Translations under genes and position numbers: made by a program
Part shown: one piece after another, positions 9,809-17,735 of the stretch
Position numbering within the stretch: the stretch's first letter is position 1
Layout of the letters: each line of letters begins with the position of its first letter
Notes under the pieces: model-generated
Databases searched by the model: none
Seen by the model: the letters and a program-made list of their open reading frames with translations, nothing else
Told to the model about the DNA's origin: nothing
DNA from: Bdellovibrionota bacterium FG-2
Lineage (GTDB): Bacteria; Bdellovibrionota; UBA1018
NCBI GenBank assembly: GCA_051382305.1
Contig: JBBCAV010000042.1
Span: 1-35,281 of the forward strand
DNA: 35,281 nt
Direction of reading: 5' to 3'

Positions 9809-10750
9809 CTAATGGTGTTTTTTCTTCGAGCGTGAGGCGTGAATCCAGGCGTGGTGAGTGGAACAAACGGTGGTGAGGTTTTCAAGGGTATTTTGACCGC
9901 CTTCAGCCACGGGAATCTTGTGATGGATGTCAACCCAGCGGCTTTGGCGACATCTTTGGCCCTTGCTGGACGTATGCGTGCATCGTCCTTGATCCCTAAG
10001 TCGAACTTGATGGAGAAGGTTTGCAGGGATGGGGGTGCGCTGGTGAGCGGGGGCTGATTCTGTTTTTGGCCCCTTCTCTGGCGGTTCCTGTAGCGCTACA
10101 GGCGTCGGAGGTTGCACCTGTTTGCCTTTTCTTATGATCTGCCGTTTTGCGCGTTGGACCGGGTCATGACGATTGATGTGTTCTTGAGCTAACGTAGAGA
10201 TGACTTCTTCAAGAGTAACTGGTTTGCCTCGAGCTTGACTCAGTAGATCCTGCACTCGCCTGAGGTTAAGCATGTCCTTTTCAGAAAGGCCTATTTCTAG
10301 CCTAACGCGGTTTTGAGTGACATAGCTTGCGCATTCTTGGACAGCTTCTTGGGGTCGTACTTTTACGACAGCTTTTTCGAGTTGACGGTAAGAAAGTGAA
10401 GCCGCCTTCTCTAGTCACTCAGTTTTGTTTTGGGTGGTCAAAACGGGTGTAATTTTTCGAGCATTGGACATTGTAATTGCGCCGGTAGCAATCAGGGTTT
10501 TTAGTTCGGGTACTTCGCGCGCCTTGCGCATAACGACGATGAGATTGTAGGCAACGCTTTCAGATAGACGCAGCTCATGAATCACGTAAAGAAAAAGACT
10601 CGAATGTCCGTGCTCAAGATAGACACGATGGCGATCGACTTGTTCCAGAATTTCTAAGAGTTCTCCCTCGGCCCTTTTGTATCGTACGCTAACCTCGAGC
10701 GCGCGGCGGTGGATTTGGTCGGTGAGTGAAATGACTGCTGTTTGGGGCAT
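9809..10750 (-). pseudogene. Bdellovibrio-type HNH endonuclease gene (313 codons) interrupted by one in-frame TGA at 10415-10417
   Basis: ORFs 10415..10750 and 9809..10273 are in the same frame, and the gap reads open (...NKTE*LEKAASLSYRQLEKAVV...GLSEKDMLNL...). N-terminal GHSSLFLY..EL.LSE..AY motif; C-terminal RDQGRC...C...DIHH.IP...GG.N..ENL...C..HH HNH motif. Confidence 0.85.
10087..10102. repeat. 16-bp perfect palindrome CCTGTAGCGCTACAGG, copy 1 (inside the HNH gene linker)
   Basis: Read directly; an identical copy is at 13261-13276. Confidence 0.9.
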
Positions 10751-10888
10751 GCGGGTGTCTCCGGGGGAAAAATGTGGAGGTCGAACTTATCAGAAATCGA
10801 GTGTTCTACAAGGGAAAATGCGAAGATAAATCTTTCGAAGTCGTCCGAAATCCGGACGGGTGATCTCGCTAAAAAGACCATGCCTGCC

Positions 10889-11692
10889 CTACAGTTTAAA
10901 CCAGTCCAGGCTGATTGCCGCTACCATTTCCTCCTTGGAGTCACGGAGAATGGGCTCGGCTTTGGCGAGGGTTTCAATAAGCATTTCGCGAACCCGAACA
11001 AAATCCGTTTCTGAAAGAGCCAGTGCGCCAGAATAATGAAGATCAGTTTTTCCCGGCAGATCAAGAGCCGCAATCGCCTTCATACGCCAGTTTGTGTGGT
11101 GCTTTCGAATGAAGGGGGATTCCTTGTTCAGGTGAATCCGTTTCTCACCAATTCCAAATTCGCCGCCGATGCGACGAGCAAGCCCTGAAGCGGTCAGTTG
11201 CTCAAGGACCTCTTGCACAACCCCGAGGGGGAGTTTTAGAAGTGACGCCAGAACTGCAGGAGTCTGTTTTTTACTCAGCGATAAGGCGACATGGATGGCG
11301 CCATAGTACCATGTATCGTAGTAGTGGGCCTGGTCTTCAAAGCTTAGCTTGTTGCGAACTTCGATCCGTTCCTCCACCCGAGAGCGTTTTTCGAGGATCT
11401 GAGAAATTTGGGTCTGGTAATAATCCCGCAAGGCTTTGCTACCCGCGCGCCGAAAATGAACTAACAAGACGAAGAAGTTGGACTCGTATTCGGAAAGCCC
11501 AAAAAATGGCCCGACCCGGACTGCGTATTCTAGGCTTAAGTGAACTTTTTCCGCTAAAACCTGGGAAATAAAGGCGGTTTGGCAGCCTAAGTGCGCTGCT
11601 AGACGACTGCGCGCGCCGCGGGCGGGGATGGATTCGTCCAAGGTGCGGCGTAAATAGAGCCGGTAATCATTGAAGTCGTATAGAGCGATCAT
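10889..11692 (-). CDS. TIGR02147 / DUF4423 family protein (putative HTH regulator)
   Basis: F.DYR.YL, RGARSRLA..LGC...FISQVL, YY..WYY.AIH, H.NWR..AI, HYS, and terminal D.F motifs typical of this family. Confidence 0.85.
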   Translation of the reverse strand: MIALYDFNDYRLYLRRTLDESIPARGARSRLAAHLGCQTAFISQVLAEKVHLSLEYAVRVGPFFGLSEYESNFFVLLVHFRRAGSKALRDYYQTQISQILEKRSRVEERIEVRNKLSFEDQAHYYDTWYYGAIHVALSLSKKQTPAVLASLLKLPLGVVQEVLEQLTASGLARRIGGEFGIGEKRIHLNKESPFIRKHHTNWRMKAIAALDLPGKTDLHYSGALALSETDFVRVREMLIETLAKAEPILRDSKEEMVAAISLDWFKL

Positions 11693-11808
11693 CGTGGGTT
11701 CCTGATGTTAATGAATTGCTTAAGTTAATGTATCTTATTTAATTACAAATATCTATTCTTTCGTGGGCACCTTGACGACACTGGAGCTACATGAAAGGAA
11801 CAAATGAT

Positions 11809-13187
11809 ATGAAGCAAATTAGATCGCAGTGGTTAACAAGGATGTTGATTCTAGGGATGGCGGGGTTGGGGTTCCAAGGCATTGGAGCCCGGGCTGGAAG
11901 TCTTCTGAGCGATGGGGCCGGCAGCACCGGTGGCGGTGATAATGTTACGGACACACGGGTGCGGCTTGGTTTTTGGGAATGGATAAGACAATCCGAACTT
12001 GCTTTGAGCTCAGTCCTGATTTTGGCGTGGATGTCGCTACGGTCAAGTCGGAGACCGAAGGCGCTTTCACGGATTGGCAAAGTTATATTGAGCGCAAGTT
12101 CAAATTTGCAGACATCAAGCTGGGTTTAACGACTCAAGTAGCAGTGAACCCCGTGTGCCAAGGAAACGAGGATCTTGTTTTTTACTTCGGAACGCAAAAC
12201 GAAGAAATTAGGCTTGCCAAGTCACTGTATAACAATCCCTCGGCATTTGGGTTTAAGCGTTTTTACAATCATGAGCGTCGGTGGGGTCAGGGGTGGATCT
12301 GGTTTGCGCCACCCTCCAGCGTGTTTCCGAAAGATGGTTTTCCAGATTGGAGCCCCAAGGAGCCTGTGATGATGCCAGAAGGCAAAAAACAACCCTGGGC
12401 TCTTCGTGTAATGTTGATGCATGAGATTGGACATGTATTAGGAAATCCTCATGTCGCAGGTACGATTATGACGGAGCGGATTTCGGAATACATTCATGCA
12501 GGCTATGCATTCGGATCGGCGCGCATTGATCAAGCCCGTGAGCTCTCAATCTGTTGGCAGTGTGGCTACGAATGGGACGGTTCACTGACGATCTACGGAC
12601 AGACGGTTGATCTGGAAGATCCAATGCCATCGGGAGATGCGGCCTACAAGAAGGTGGCGAGAGACAATTTTGAAATTCTCACAGGTCACGCTCCCAAGTC
12701 CGATGGATTGGGCGCGAAGATCCGTTCGGATGCGTCTGGCACTGTGTTCGAGGTCTTTGATAAGGATGAAATCTATTCATTTCCGATTGAGTTTCCCCAG
12801 GATTCTTTAAGTGCGATCAACGATACACGAGTGGAGGATCCGACGCCGATCTTTAAGCGGGCGCTAGGAGGCTCAGGAGTCCTTCCTGGGTCGTACTTGT
12901 CGGCGAGGGTTCAAGGTGTGGTCGAATATGGAACGCTTAAGACCGCACGAGGAGAGAGCCTGACCGTGATTGTGGAGCGCAATTTGCCGGTGCCCGAAAG
13001 TCGGTACGGAATTTTCCAGGAAATGCCTCTCTTTGCTCGGGCAGACTTCAGACTCAAGATGATCAGACAGGGGCAGATCCGGCCGCTATTCGAGGCGAGT
13101 TGGCTGGCGATGTTGTCGAGTATCGGACATGTAACGCCGATTGTGGGTCCTTCTCCCTTGCCGGCACCTTCACCTTCGAGTCGTTGA
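11809..13187 (+). pseudogene. Secreted metzincin-type zinc metalloprotease-like gene with a frameshift near 11944-11970 (pseudogene or sequence error)
   Basis: SD AAAGGA and ATG 11809 give a signal peptide plus GSTGGGDN in one frame. The long frame opens after TAA at 11940-11942 (YGHTGAAWFLGMDKTIRTCFEL...) and carries HEIGHVLGNPH (HExxHxxGxxH) and a GTIM Met-turn. Confidence 0.75.
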
Positions 13188-13212
13188 TAAGTAGTAGTAG
13201 GATTTTCTTTTT

Positions 13213-13244
13213 GGCCGGGGCCCTAACGGGTTCCGGTCTTTTTT
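13213..13244 (+). terminator. Rho-independent terminator after the metalloprotease gene
   Basis: Stem GGCCGGGGCCC-taac-GGGTTCCGGTC (11 bp including G-U pairs) followed by TTTTTT. Confidence 0.8.
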
Positions 13245-13260
13245 GTTTTCGGATGGATTG

Positions 13261-13276
13261 CCTGTAGCGCTACAGG
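13261..13276. repeat. 16-bp perfect palindrome CCTGTAGCGCTACAGG, copy 2 (intergenic)
   Basis: Read directly; lies between two convergent gene ends. Confidence 0.9.
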
Positions 13277-13300
13277 TTGAGGCCAAAACCGTGATAGGTC

Positions 13301-13639
13301 TTAAGTTTTCCCTTGATTCCGTCTCAAAATAACCTGCGGCCCTGACGGCTTCGCAGCGGGCTCCGCCTCGGGGGCTTTCTCTACCGCAGATCGTTTCCGC
13401 ACCGGCTTGTCTTCACCGGAAAGTGTGCGCGCCCATTCTTCAGCCGAAGGCGCTTTACGCTCTTCGGCCCACGATTCGCGATGATTCATCAGGGGTAAAT
13501 GGGCGTCCCAACAAGAGACGGAGCAAAAGGCAAGTCCCGTTCTCTTGCGATTGCAAGTCGAGACATTGCAAACCCAATAGGTTGCCTTAAAGTCAATGGG
13601 TTTCTTACAGCTATTACAACGTCGCCAAGGTTCACTCAT
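13301..13639 (-). CDS. Small Cys/His-rich ZZ-type zinc-finger protein (112 aa)
   Basis: CxxC-x12-Cx4C-x9-Cx3C-x3-H-x5-H: CNSC..CNVSTC..CSVSCWDAH..H. Start taken at ATG 13639 because the longer ORF overlaps the divergent helicase ORF. Confidence 0.8.
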   Translation of the reverse strand: MSEPWRRCNSCKKPIDFKATYWVCNVSTCNRKRTGLAFCSVSCWDAHLPLMNHRESWAEERKAPSAEEWARTLSGEDKPVRKRSAVEKAPEAEPAAKPSGPQVILRRNQGKT

Positions 13640-13734
13640 CGCACTTTGATTTTGAAGGGCTTTTCCCGCAACGTCAAGTTCTCTCAGAAAAGTTCTTGGC
13701 AAAAACTCCCCCGACGTTTTATTCCTACTCCATC

Positions 13735-15894
13735 GTGACGTTGAATCTTAGTCGATTAAATGAAAATCAAAAAAGGGCCGTTCTCCATGGAGATGGACCG
13801 CTGCTTGTCCTTGCGGGCGCTGGGAGCGGCAAGACGAGTACGATGAGCTATCGCATCGCTCACTTAGTCGCACAGCGAGGGGTGTCAGCCTCGTCGATCT
13901 TGGGGCTTTCGTTTACACGGAAGGCCGCTGAGGAGCTCAGGGAGCGCGTCAAGGGGCTTATCACTAAGGTCGCAGGGGTTCGGGCAGCGCATGGGCTTAC
14001 GGTCACGACTTTTCACAGCCTTTGCGCAAGAATTCTCCGGGCTCATGCTGAAAAGGTGGGCTATAGCAGAAACTTCACCATCATGGATCGCAGTGATCAG
14101 GTCGATGTGTTGAGGCAAATTCTAAGAAACATTAACGTCGATGATCGTAAATTTGATCCGGACGTTTTACTTTTTGAATTTGGCCAAGCTAAGAATCGAT
14201 TCCTGGGGCCTGCACAGGCCGAGTCCTTCTTTTTTGATTCCGGAAAACTGGCTAATGACTATGCCATCGTGGCGCACTCTTGTTTTGGTCGCTACCAAGA
14301 ACAACTCAAGGCCCTCTCGGCGATGGACTTTGATGATCTGCTATTTTCTGCGGTCACGCTCTTGGAGAATTCGCCCGAGGTACGAGCGGATTATAATCAG
14401 AAATTCCAGTATATCTTGGTTGACGAGTATCAAGATACCAATCCCGCTCAATCGCGGCTACTGAAACTCTTGACAGAAAGTAAGCAAAACATTTGTGTGG
14501 TCGGTGATGACGATCAATCGATTTATGCATGGCGAGGCGCAGATCCCACTCACATCTTAAACTTTGGTGAGCACTATCCTGGCGCGCGCGTCCTGACTTT
14601 GGATCAGAACTATCGCAGCACGACGACGATTTTAAATGCCGCCAATGAAGTGATTGGCAAGAATCGAAACCGGCATCCCAAATCCCTTTGGTCCGATCGT
14701 GGCGAGGGCGAGCCTATCGAGATGATTATGGTGGATGGCGATCGCGCCGAAGGCGAAGTGGTCGCTGAGGAGATTCTGAAACGCGCGCGTGAAGTGAATG
14801 AGGGGGTGATCAGGCAAAAACGGCCCTGGAAGGATTTTGCTATCCTCTATCGTAGCAATCCCCAATCTCGAATTTTTGAAGAGACGCTTCGTATGCGAGG
14901 AATTCCTTACAAGATAGTGGGCTCCATGTCTTTCTTGAATCGGAAAGAAATCAAAGACGTGCTCTCTTACTGGAAGCTCATTTTGAATCCAAAAGATGAC
15001 TCTTCTGCCAGACGGATTCTCAATTGGCCCTCGCGCGGAGTGGGTAAGACAAGTCTCGAGGTGCTAAACGCGCAAGCCGTTGAAAAAGGGATTTCTTTTT
15101 TCGAAACTTTGGGCCAGGCCCGCGATTTAACCACCAAGGCCGCCACAGGCGTCGCAAGTTTCAAGACTCTCATTGATAAGATGCGAACGGAACTAGAAAC
15201 CTGCGAGATCTCTCGCCAGGGCTTAGCGCTTTGGGCAAAGCGTTCGCTGGAACTCATTGGCGTAAAGCAAGGCTTTGAGCAGGACTCTGATGACGCTAAA
15301 GAAGTTGCGCGTAAAATGGATAGCGTCGATGAACTTGCTAATGCTGTGGGACAAATGAATCTGGCGGACATTCTCTCTTCGGAAACCGAAGCGGGCGGTG
15401 TCGCAACGAACGGATTGGATGTATTGCGGGAGTTTATTATCCGGATGACTCTTGATTCGATCGATGAGGCGGAGCGGGATGAAGAGAAGCAGGAACTAAA
15501 GGATCAAGTAACGCTGCTTACGCTCCATGGGGCGAAGGGGCTCGAATACCCGATTGTATTCTTAGTAGGGATGGAGGAGGGCTTGCTGCCCCATCGTCGT
15601 GTGATTGAAGAGTGCTCGGATCTAAGTGAGGAGCGCAGGCTCTGTTATGTCGGCATCACGCGAGCTCGGGATCATCTGATTTTAACTCGTGCAAAGAGTC
15701 GCATTCGATACGGCAAAGAAGTGCCCCGAAATCCGAGTCGGTTCTTGGAAGAAATTCCTGCAAATCTTTTAATCACTCGAAACGAATCTTCAACTCCAGA
15801 TTTGTCTTCAAAAGAGGCCTGTGAAAAACACGAGGCCAAAGTGAAGGATTACTTGGGTGCGATCCGCGCGCAGCTCATGGCCAATAAGAAGTAG
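13735..15894 (+). CDS. UvrD/Rep-family SF1A helicase (Rep-like, no C-terminal Tudor domain)
   Basis: LAGAGSGKT, FTRKAA, DEYQD, VGDDDQSIYAWRGA, QNYRS, TLHGAKGLEY, EERRLCYVGITRA. Start uncertain (GTG 13735 or TTG 13741). Confidence 0.93.
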   Translation: MTLNLSRLNENQKRAVLHGDGPLLVLAGAGSGKTSTMSYRIAHLVAQRGVSASSILGLSFTRKAAEELRERVKGLITKVAGVRAAHGLTVTTFHSLCARILRAHAEKVGYSRNFTIMDRSDQVDVLRQILRNINVDDRKFDPDVLLFEFGQAKNRFLGPAQAESFFFDSGKLANDYAIVAHSCFGRYQEQLKALSAMDFDDLLFSAVTLLENSPEVRADYNQKFQYILVDEYQDTNPAQSRLLKLLTESKQNICVVGDDDQSIYAWRGADPTHILNFGEHYPGARVLTLDQNYRSTTTILNAANEVIGKNRNRHPKSLWSDRGEGEPIEMIMVDGDRAEGEVVAEEILKRAREVNEGVIRQKRPWKDFAILYRSNPQSRIFEETLRMRGIPYKIVGSMSFLNRKEIKDVLSYWKLILNPKDDSSARRILNWPSRGVGKTSLEVLNAQAVEKGISFFETLGQARDLTTKAATGVASFKTLIDKMRTELETCEISRQGLALWAKRSLELIGVKQGFEQDSDDAKEVARKMDSVDELANAVGQMNLADILSSETEAGGVATNGLDVLREFIIRMTLDSIDEAERDEEKQELKDQVTLLTLHGAKGLEYPIVFLVGMEEGLLPHRRVIEECSDLSEERRLCYVGITRARDHLILTRAKSRIRYGKEVPRNPSRFLEEIPANLLITRNESSTPDLSSKEACEKHEAKVKDYLGAIRAQLMANKK

Positions 15895-15897
15895 AAA

Positions 15898-16374
15898 CTA
15901 GAGGTCCTGCAGGTATTGAATGTACTGCGAGGTTTCCGGCGGATTGGCTTTTGCCTTCTTGATGATTTCAATGGCATCGGCTTGAAGGAGTTTTCCCTCA
16001 GCCATTTTTTGACAGGCAATGGGTTCAAGGGGGTCTGTATATTGATAAATGCTTTCGTGCTGAGGCCAGAGGTTGTCGGCTTCATTACTGCCGCCCATAC
16101 AAAGAGGGATATAATGATCGATCTTGAAATGCTCCCGGCCGGTCTTCATGATCGTAAAGCCGAGGTCATGATCGTAGGTGTCGATGACTTGCCTTTTGAG
16201 GCCCGATTTGACATCGCGGCTACAGTAAGCGATTTGTTCGGGGTAACGAATCTTGCTCGCTCTCTGGCACAGGGAACCCGGAGTGAGCTGGGCGTCGGGG
16301 GAAGTTGGAAATGCATCAGCTGCGAAGAGAGGGATGCTTATGAACAACGAGAGAACCGCACATAAATTCCACAT
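15898..16374 (-). CDS. Secreted HNH-type (beta-beta-alpha-Me) nuclease
   Basis: Signal peptide (...SIPLFA|AD), IDHYIPLCMGGSN...NLWPQH motif, and four Cys in the mature chain. SD GGAG is 7 nt upstream of the ATG. Confidence 0.8.
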   Translation of the reverse strand: MWNLCAVLSLFISIPLFAADAFPTSPDAQLTPGSLCQRASKIRYPEQIAYCSRDVKSGLKRQVIDTYDHDLGFTIMKTGREHFKIDHYIPLCMGGSNEADNLWPQHESIYQYTDPLEPIACQKMAEGKLLQADAIEIIKKAKANPPETSQYIQYLQDL

Positions 16375-16381
16375 ATAGAGT

Positions 16382-16447
16382 CTCCAAATAGTCAGGCAAG
16401 GGTGCCTGGTAGAAACGCCAACCCGTCATGTTGGCTTATACTTAGAA
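16382..16447 (-). ncRNA. Purine riboswitch aptamer (guanine-type, C74), short-L3 variant
   Basis: The minus strand reads UUCUAAGUA-UAA-GCCAAC-AUGACGG-GUUGGC-GUUUCUAC-CAGGCA-CCCU-UGCCUG-AC-UAUUUGGAG, i.e. P1, J1/2, P2, L2, J2/3, P3, L3, J3/1, P1'. The junction sequences match the purine riboswitch core exactly. Confidence 0.9.
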
Positions 16448-16578
16448 GCTGTCGGGTAAATAAGTCTCTTTGGGGCAGGGTTTTGTCAAGGTTTCAGTGT
16501 CAAAGGCCTTTACAGTTGCTGTCTTGTTATCAATCAGGGCGGGGGGTGTCTGTTTCGTAGGCAGAGGGAGTTTTGCCG

Positions 16579-16591
16579 TAACTTCTTGATT
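16579..16591 (-). promoter_or_regulatory. IHF binding site consensus
   Basis: Minus strand AATCAAGAAGTTA matches WATCAANNNNTTR; about 40 bp upstream of the sigma54 -24 box. Confidence 0.6.
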
Positions 16592-16631
16592 TTGTGAAGG
16601 GAAGTTGCGGCAGTGTCTTTTTGAACCCATG

Positions 16632-16647
16632 TGGCACTTGGGTTGCA
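16632..16647 (+). promoter_or_regulatory. Sigma54 (RpoN) -24/-12 promoter
   Basis: TGGCAC-ttggg-TTGCA is a perfect TGGCAC-N5-TTGCW match, 50 bp upstream of ATG 16698. Confidence 0.8.
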
Positions 16648-16697
16648 CTACTCCTCTGTGTAGTGATGAGTTTGGATAAATAGTAACAGGAGTAGTT

Positions 16698-16928
16698 ATG
16701 AAAAAGAGAATCATGTTGTTGATTGCGTTTGGCGTGTCGTTTGCGCCACCGGTTTTGGCTTTTGAGCCGAGTCGAGCTCCCATTGAGTCGGCTCGTCTTG
16801 GCGAAAACTCGGTCTTGGAGACGACGGCAAGTGCCATCAACTGTAAATTTGCGGATCTAGAAAAATCAGTTGATCAAGATAAATCCGAGGCAAGGGTGAA
16901 ATCGATCTCTGCAAATAGCGCCGAATAA
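16698..16928 (+). CDS. Small secreted hypothetical protein (76 aa)
   Basis: SD AGGAG, MKKR followed by a hydrophobic signal peptide ending VLA; sigma54 promoter upstream. Confidence 0.75.
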   Translation: MKKRIMLLIAFGVSFAPPVLAFEPSRAPIESARLGENSVLETTASAINCKFADLEKSVDQDKSEARVKSISANSAE

Positions 16929-16938
16929 GTTTTTGGTT

Positions 16939-17265
16939 TCAGCGCGAGTGCTGAATCAGAGACTGTAGTTTTCGGCGTTCCGCGGGCGAAGCCTCATCGT
17001 CGTTATCCCGAAAACTGCGGGATGATGTCGAAGACTTCTGGCTGCCATTGCGAGCATCGCCTAGGAGATGACTGGCCCAGCTGCGCACCGGACTGAGGAT
17101 GGGCGGGAGCCATTGGTTCGTCGCCGTCGCGTGTTCTGCTTGTGCGAGTCCAGTTCGGACTTGGTCTGAAACTGTTTTCCCATCCCAACGAATGAGGTGG
17201 CCCAATACAAGCACAGCGACGGAAAAGAAAATGAGTTTGAACCCAAGTCCAATAAGCCTAAGCAT
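16939..17265 (-). CDS. Membrane-anchored hypothetical protein
   Basis: N-terminal TM helix; SD GAGGA; overlaps the upstream gene end, so likely the last gene of the lon-cheY run. Confidence 0.7.
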   Translation of the reverse strand: MLRLIGLGFKLIFFSVAVLVLGHLIRWDGKTVSDQVRTGLAQAEHATATNQWLPPILSPVRSWASHLLGDARNGSQKSSTSSRSFRDNDDEASPAERRKLQSLIQHSR

Positions 17266-17722
17266 GTCCTCGATCTCCTGATGAGGTCAGAATAATCCAT
17301 GCATGGACGGTCACTTCAACGTTGCCATGTTTATGGATGTATTGATGATAGGGAAAATCTTTTCCAACTTTTAAGAGCGACTGAAACACCGACTTAGAAA
17401 TCTTTTGCGGCGGCGACACCGCCAGGTCCATCTCCTTGCGTGCGCTTAGTGTGGTCACAAGCTGGCTCGCAATGATGTTTCCCATTTCGGCATAGACCGA
17501 GAAATCCAAACTTCTGTCGAACTGTACGAGAAGGACTCCCTGGAAATCGCCTTGAAGGGAGTAGCCAATAGTTTTGAGTTCGTCAGAGGGGGCGAGAACA
17601 GGAATCTTCTTTTCGTGGGGCAAAGCGGGGGTAAGTTTGGTGACCTCCCCTAGATGGTAAAAGGGAAAACTCTCGGGAAGCGCCATCTGTAAAGTCTCAT
17701 AAATCGAGTTTGATTTTTTCAT
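17258..17722 (-). CDS. CheC/CheX-like phosphatase-fold protein
   Basis: GDFQGVLLVQF, AEMGNII (ExxN) and VSPP motifs; ATG 17722 follows SD AAGGGAG; adjacent to cheY. Confidence 0.65.
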   Translation of the reverse strand: MKKSNSIYETLQMALPESFPFYHLGEVTKLTPALPHEKKIPVLAPSDELKTIGYSLQGDFQGVLLVQFDRSLDFSVYAEMGNIIASQLVTTLSARKEMDLAVSPPQKISKSVFQSLLKVGKDFPYHQYIHKHGNVEVTVHAWIILTSSGDRGHA

Positions 17723-17735
17723 TTCAGATTCTCCC

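Noticed and set aside
10415-10417. Genome-wide UGA recoding or selenocysteine at the HNH in-frame TGA
   Set aside because: TGA terminates clearly complete genes in this window (orn, dCMP deaminase, gatC, gatB, ppx). The position is not a Cys-type catalytic site and no convincing SECIS follows.
10811-10860. Small hairpins upstream of the HNH gene (e.g. CGTCCG-aaatc-CGGACG) as an ncRNA or guide RNA
   Set aside because: The stems are short and match no family I recognise; there is not enough evidence without covariation.
13735-16374. Helicase plus HNH nuclease as an anti-phage defence pair
   Set aside because: The genes are convergent, the helicase looks like housekeeping Rep/UvrD, and the nuclease is secreted and has its own riboswitch leader.
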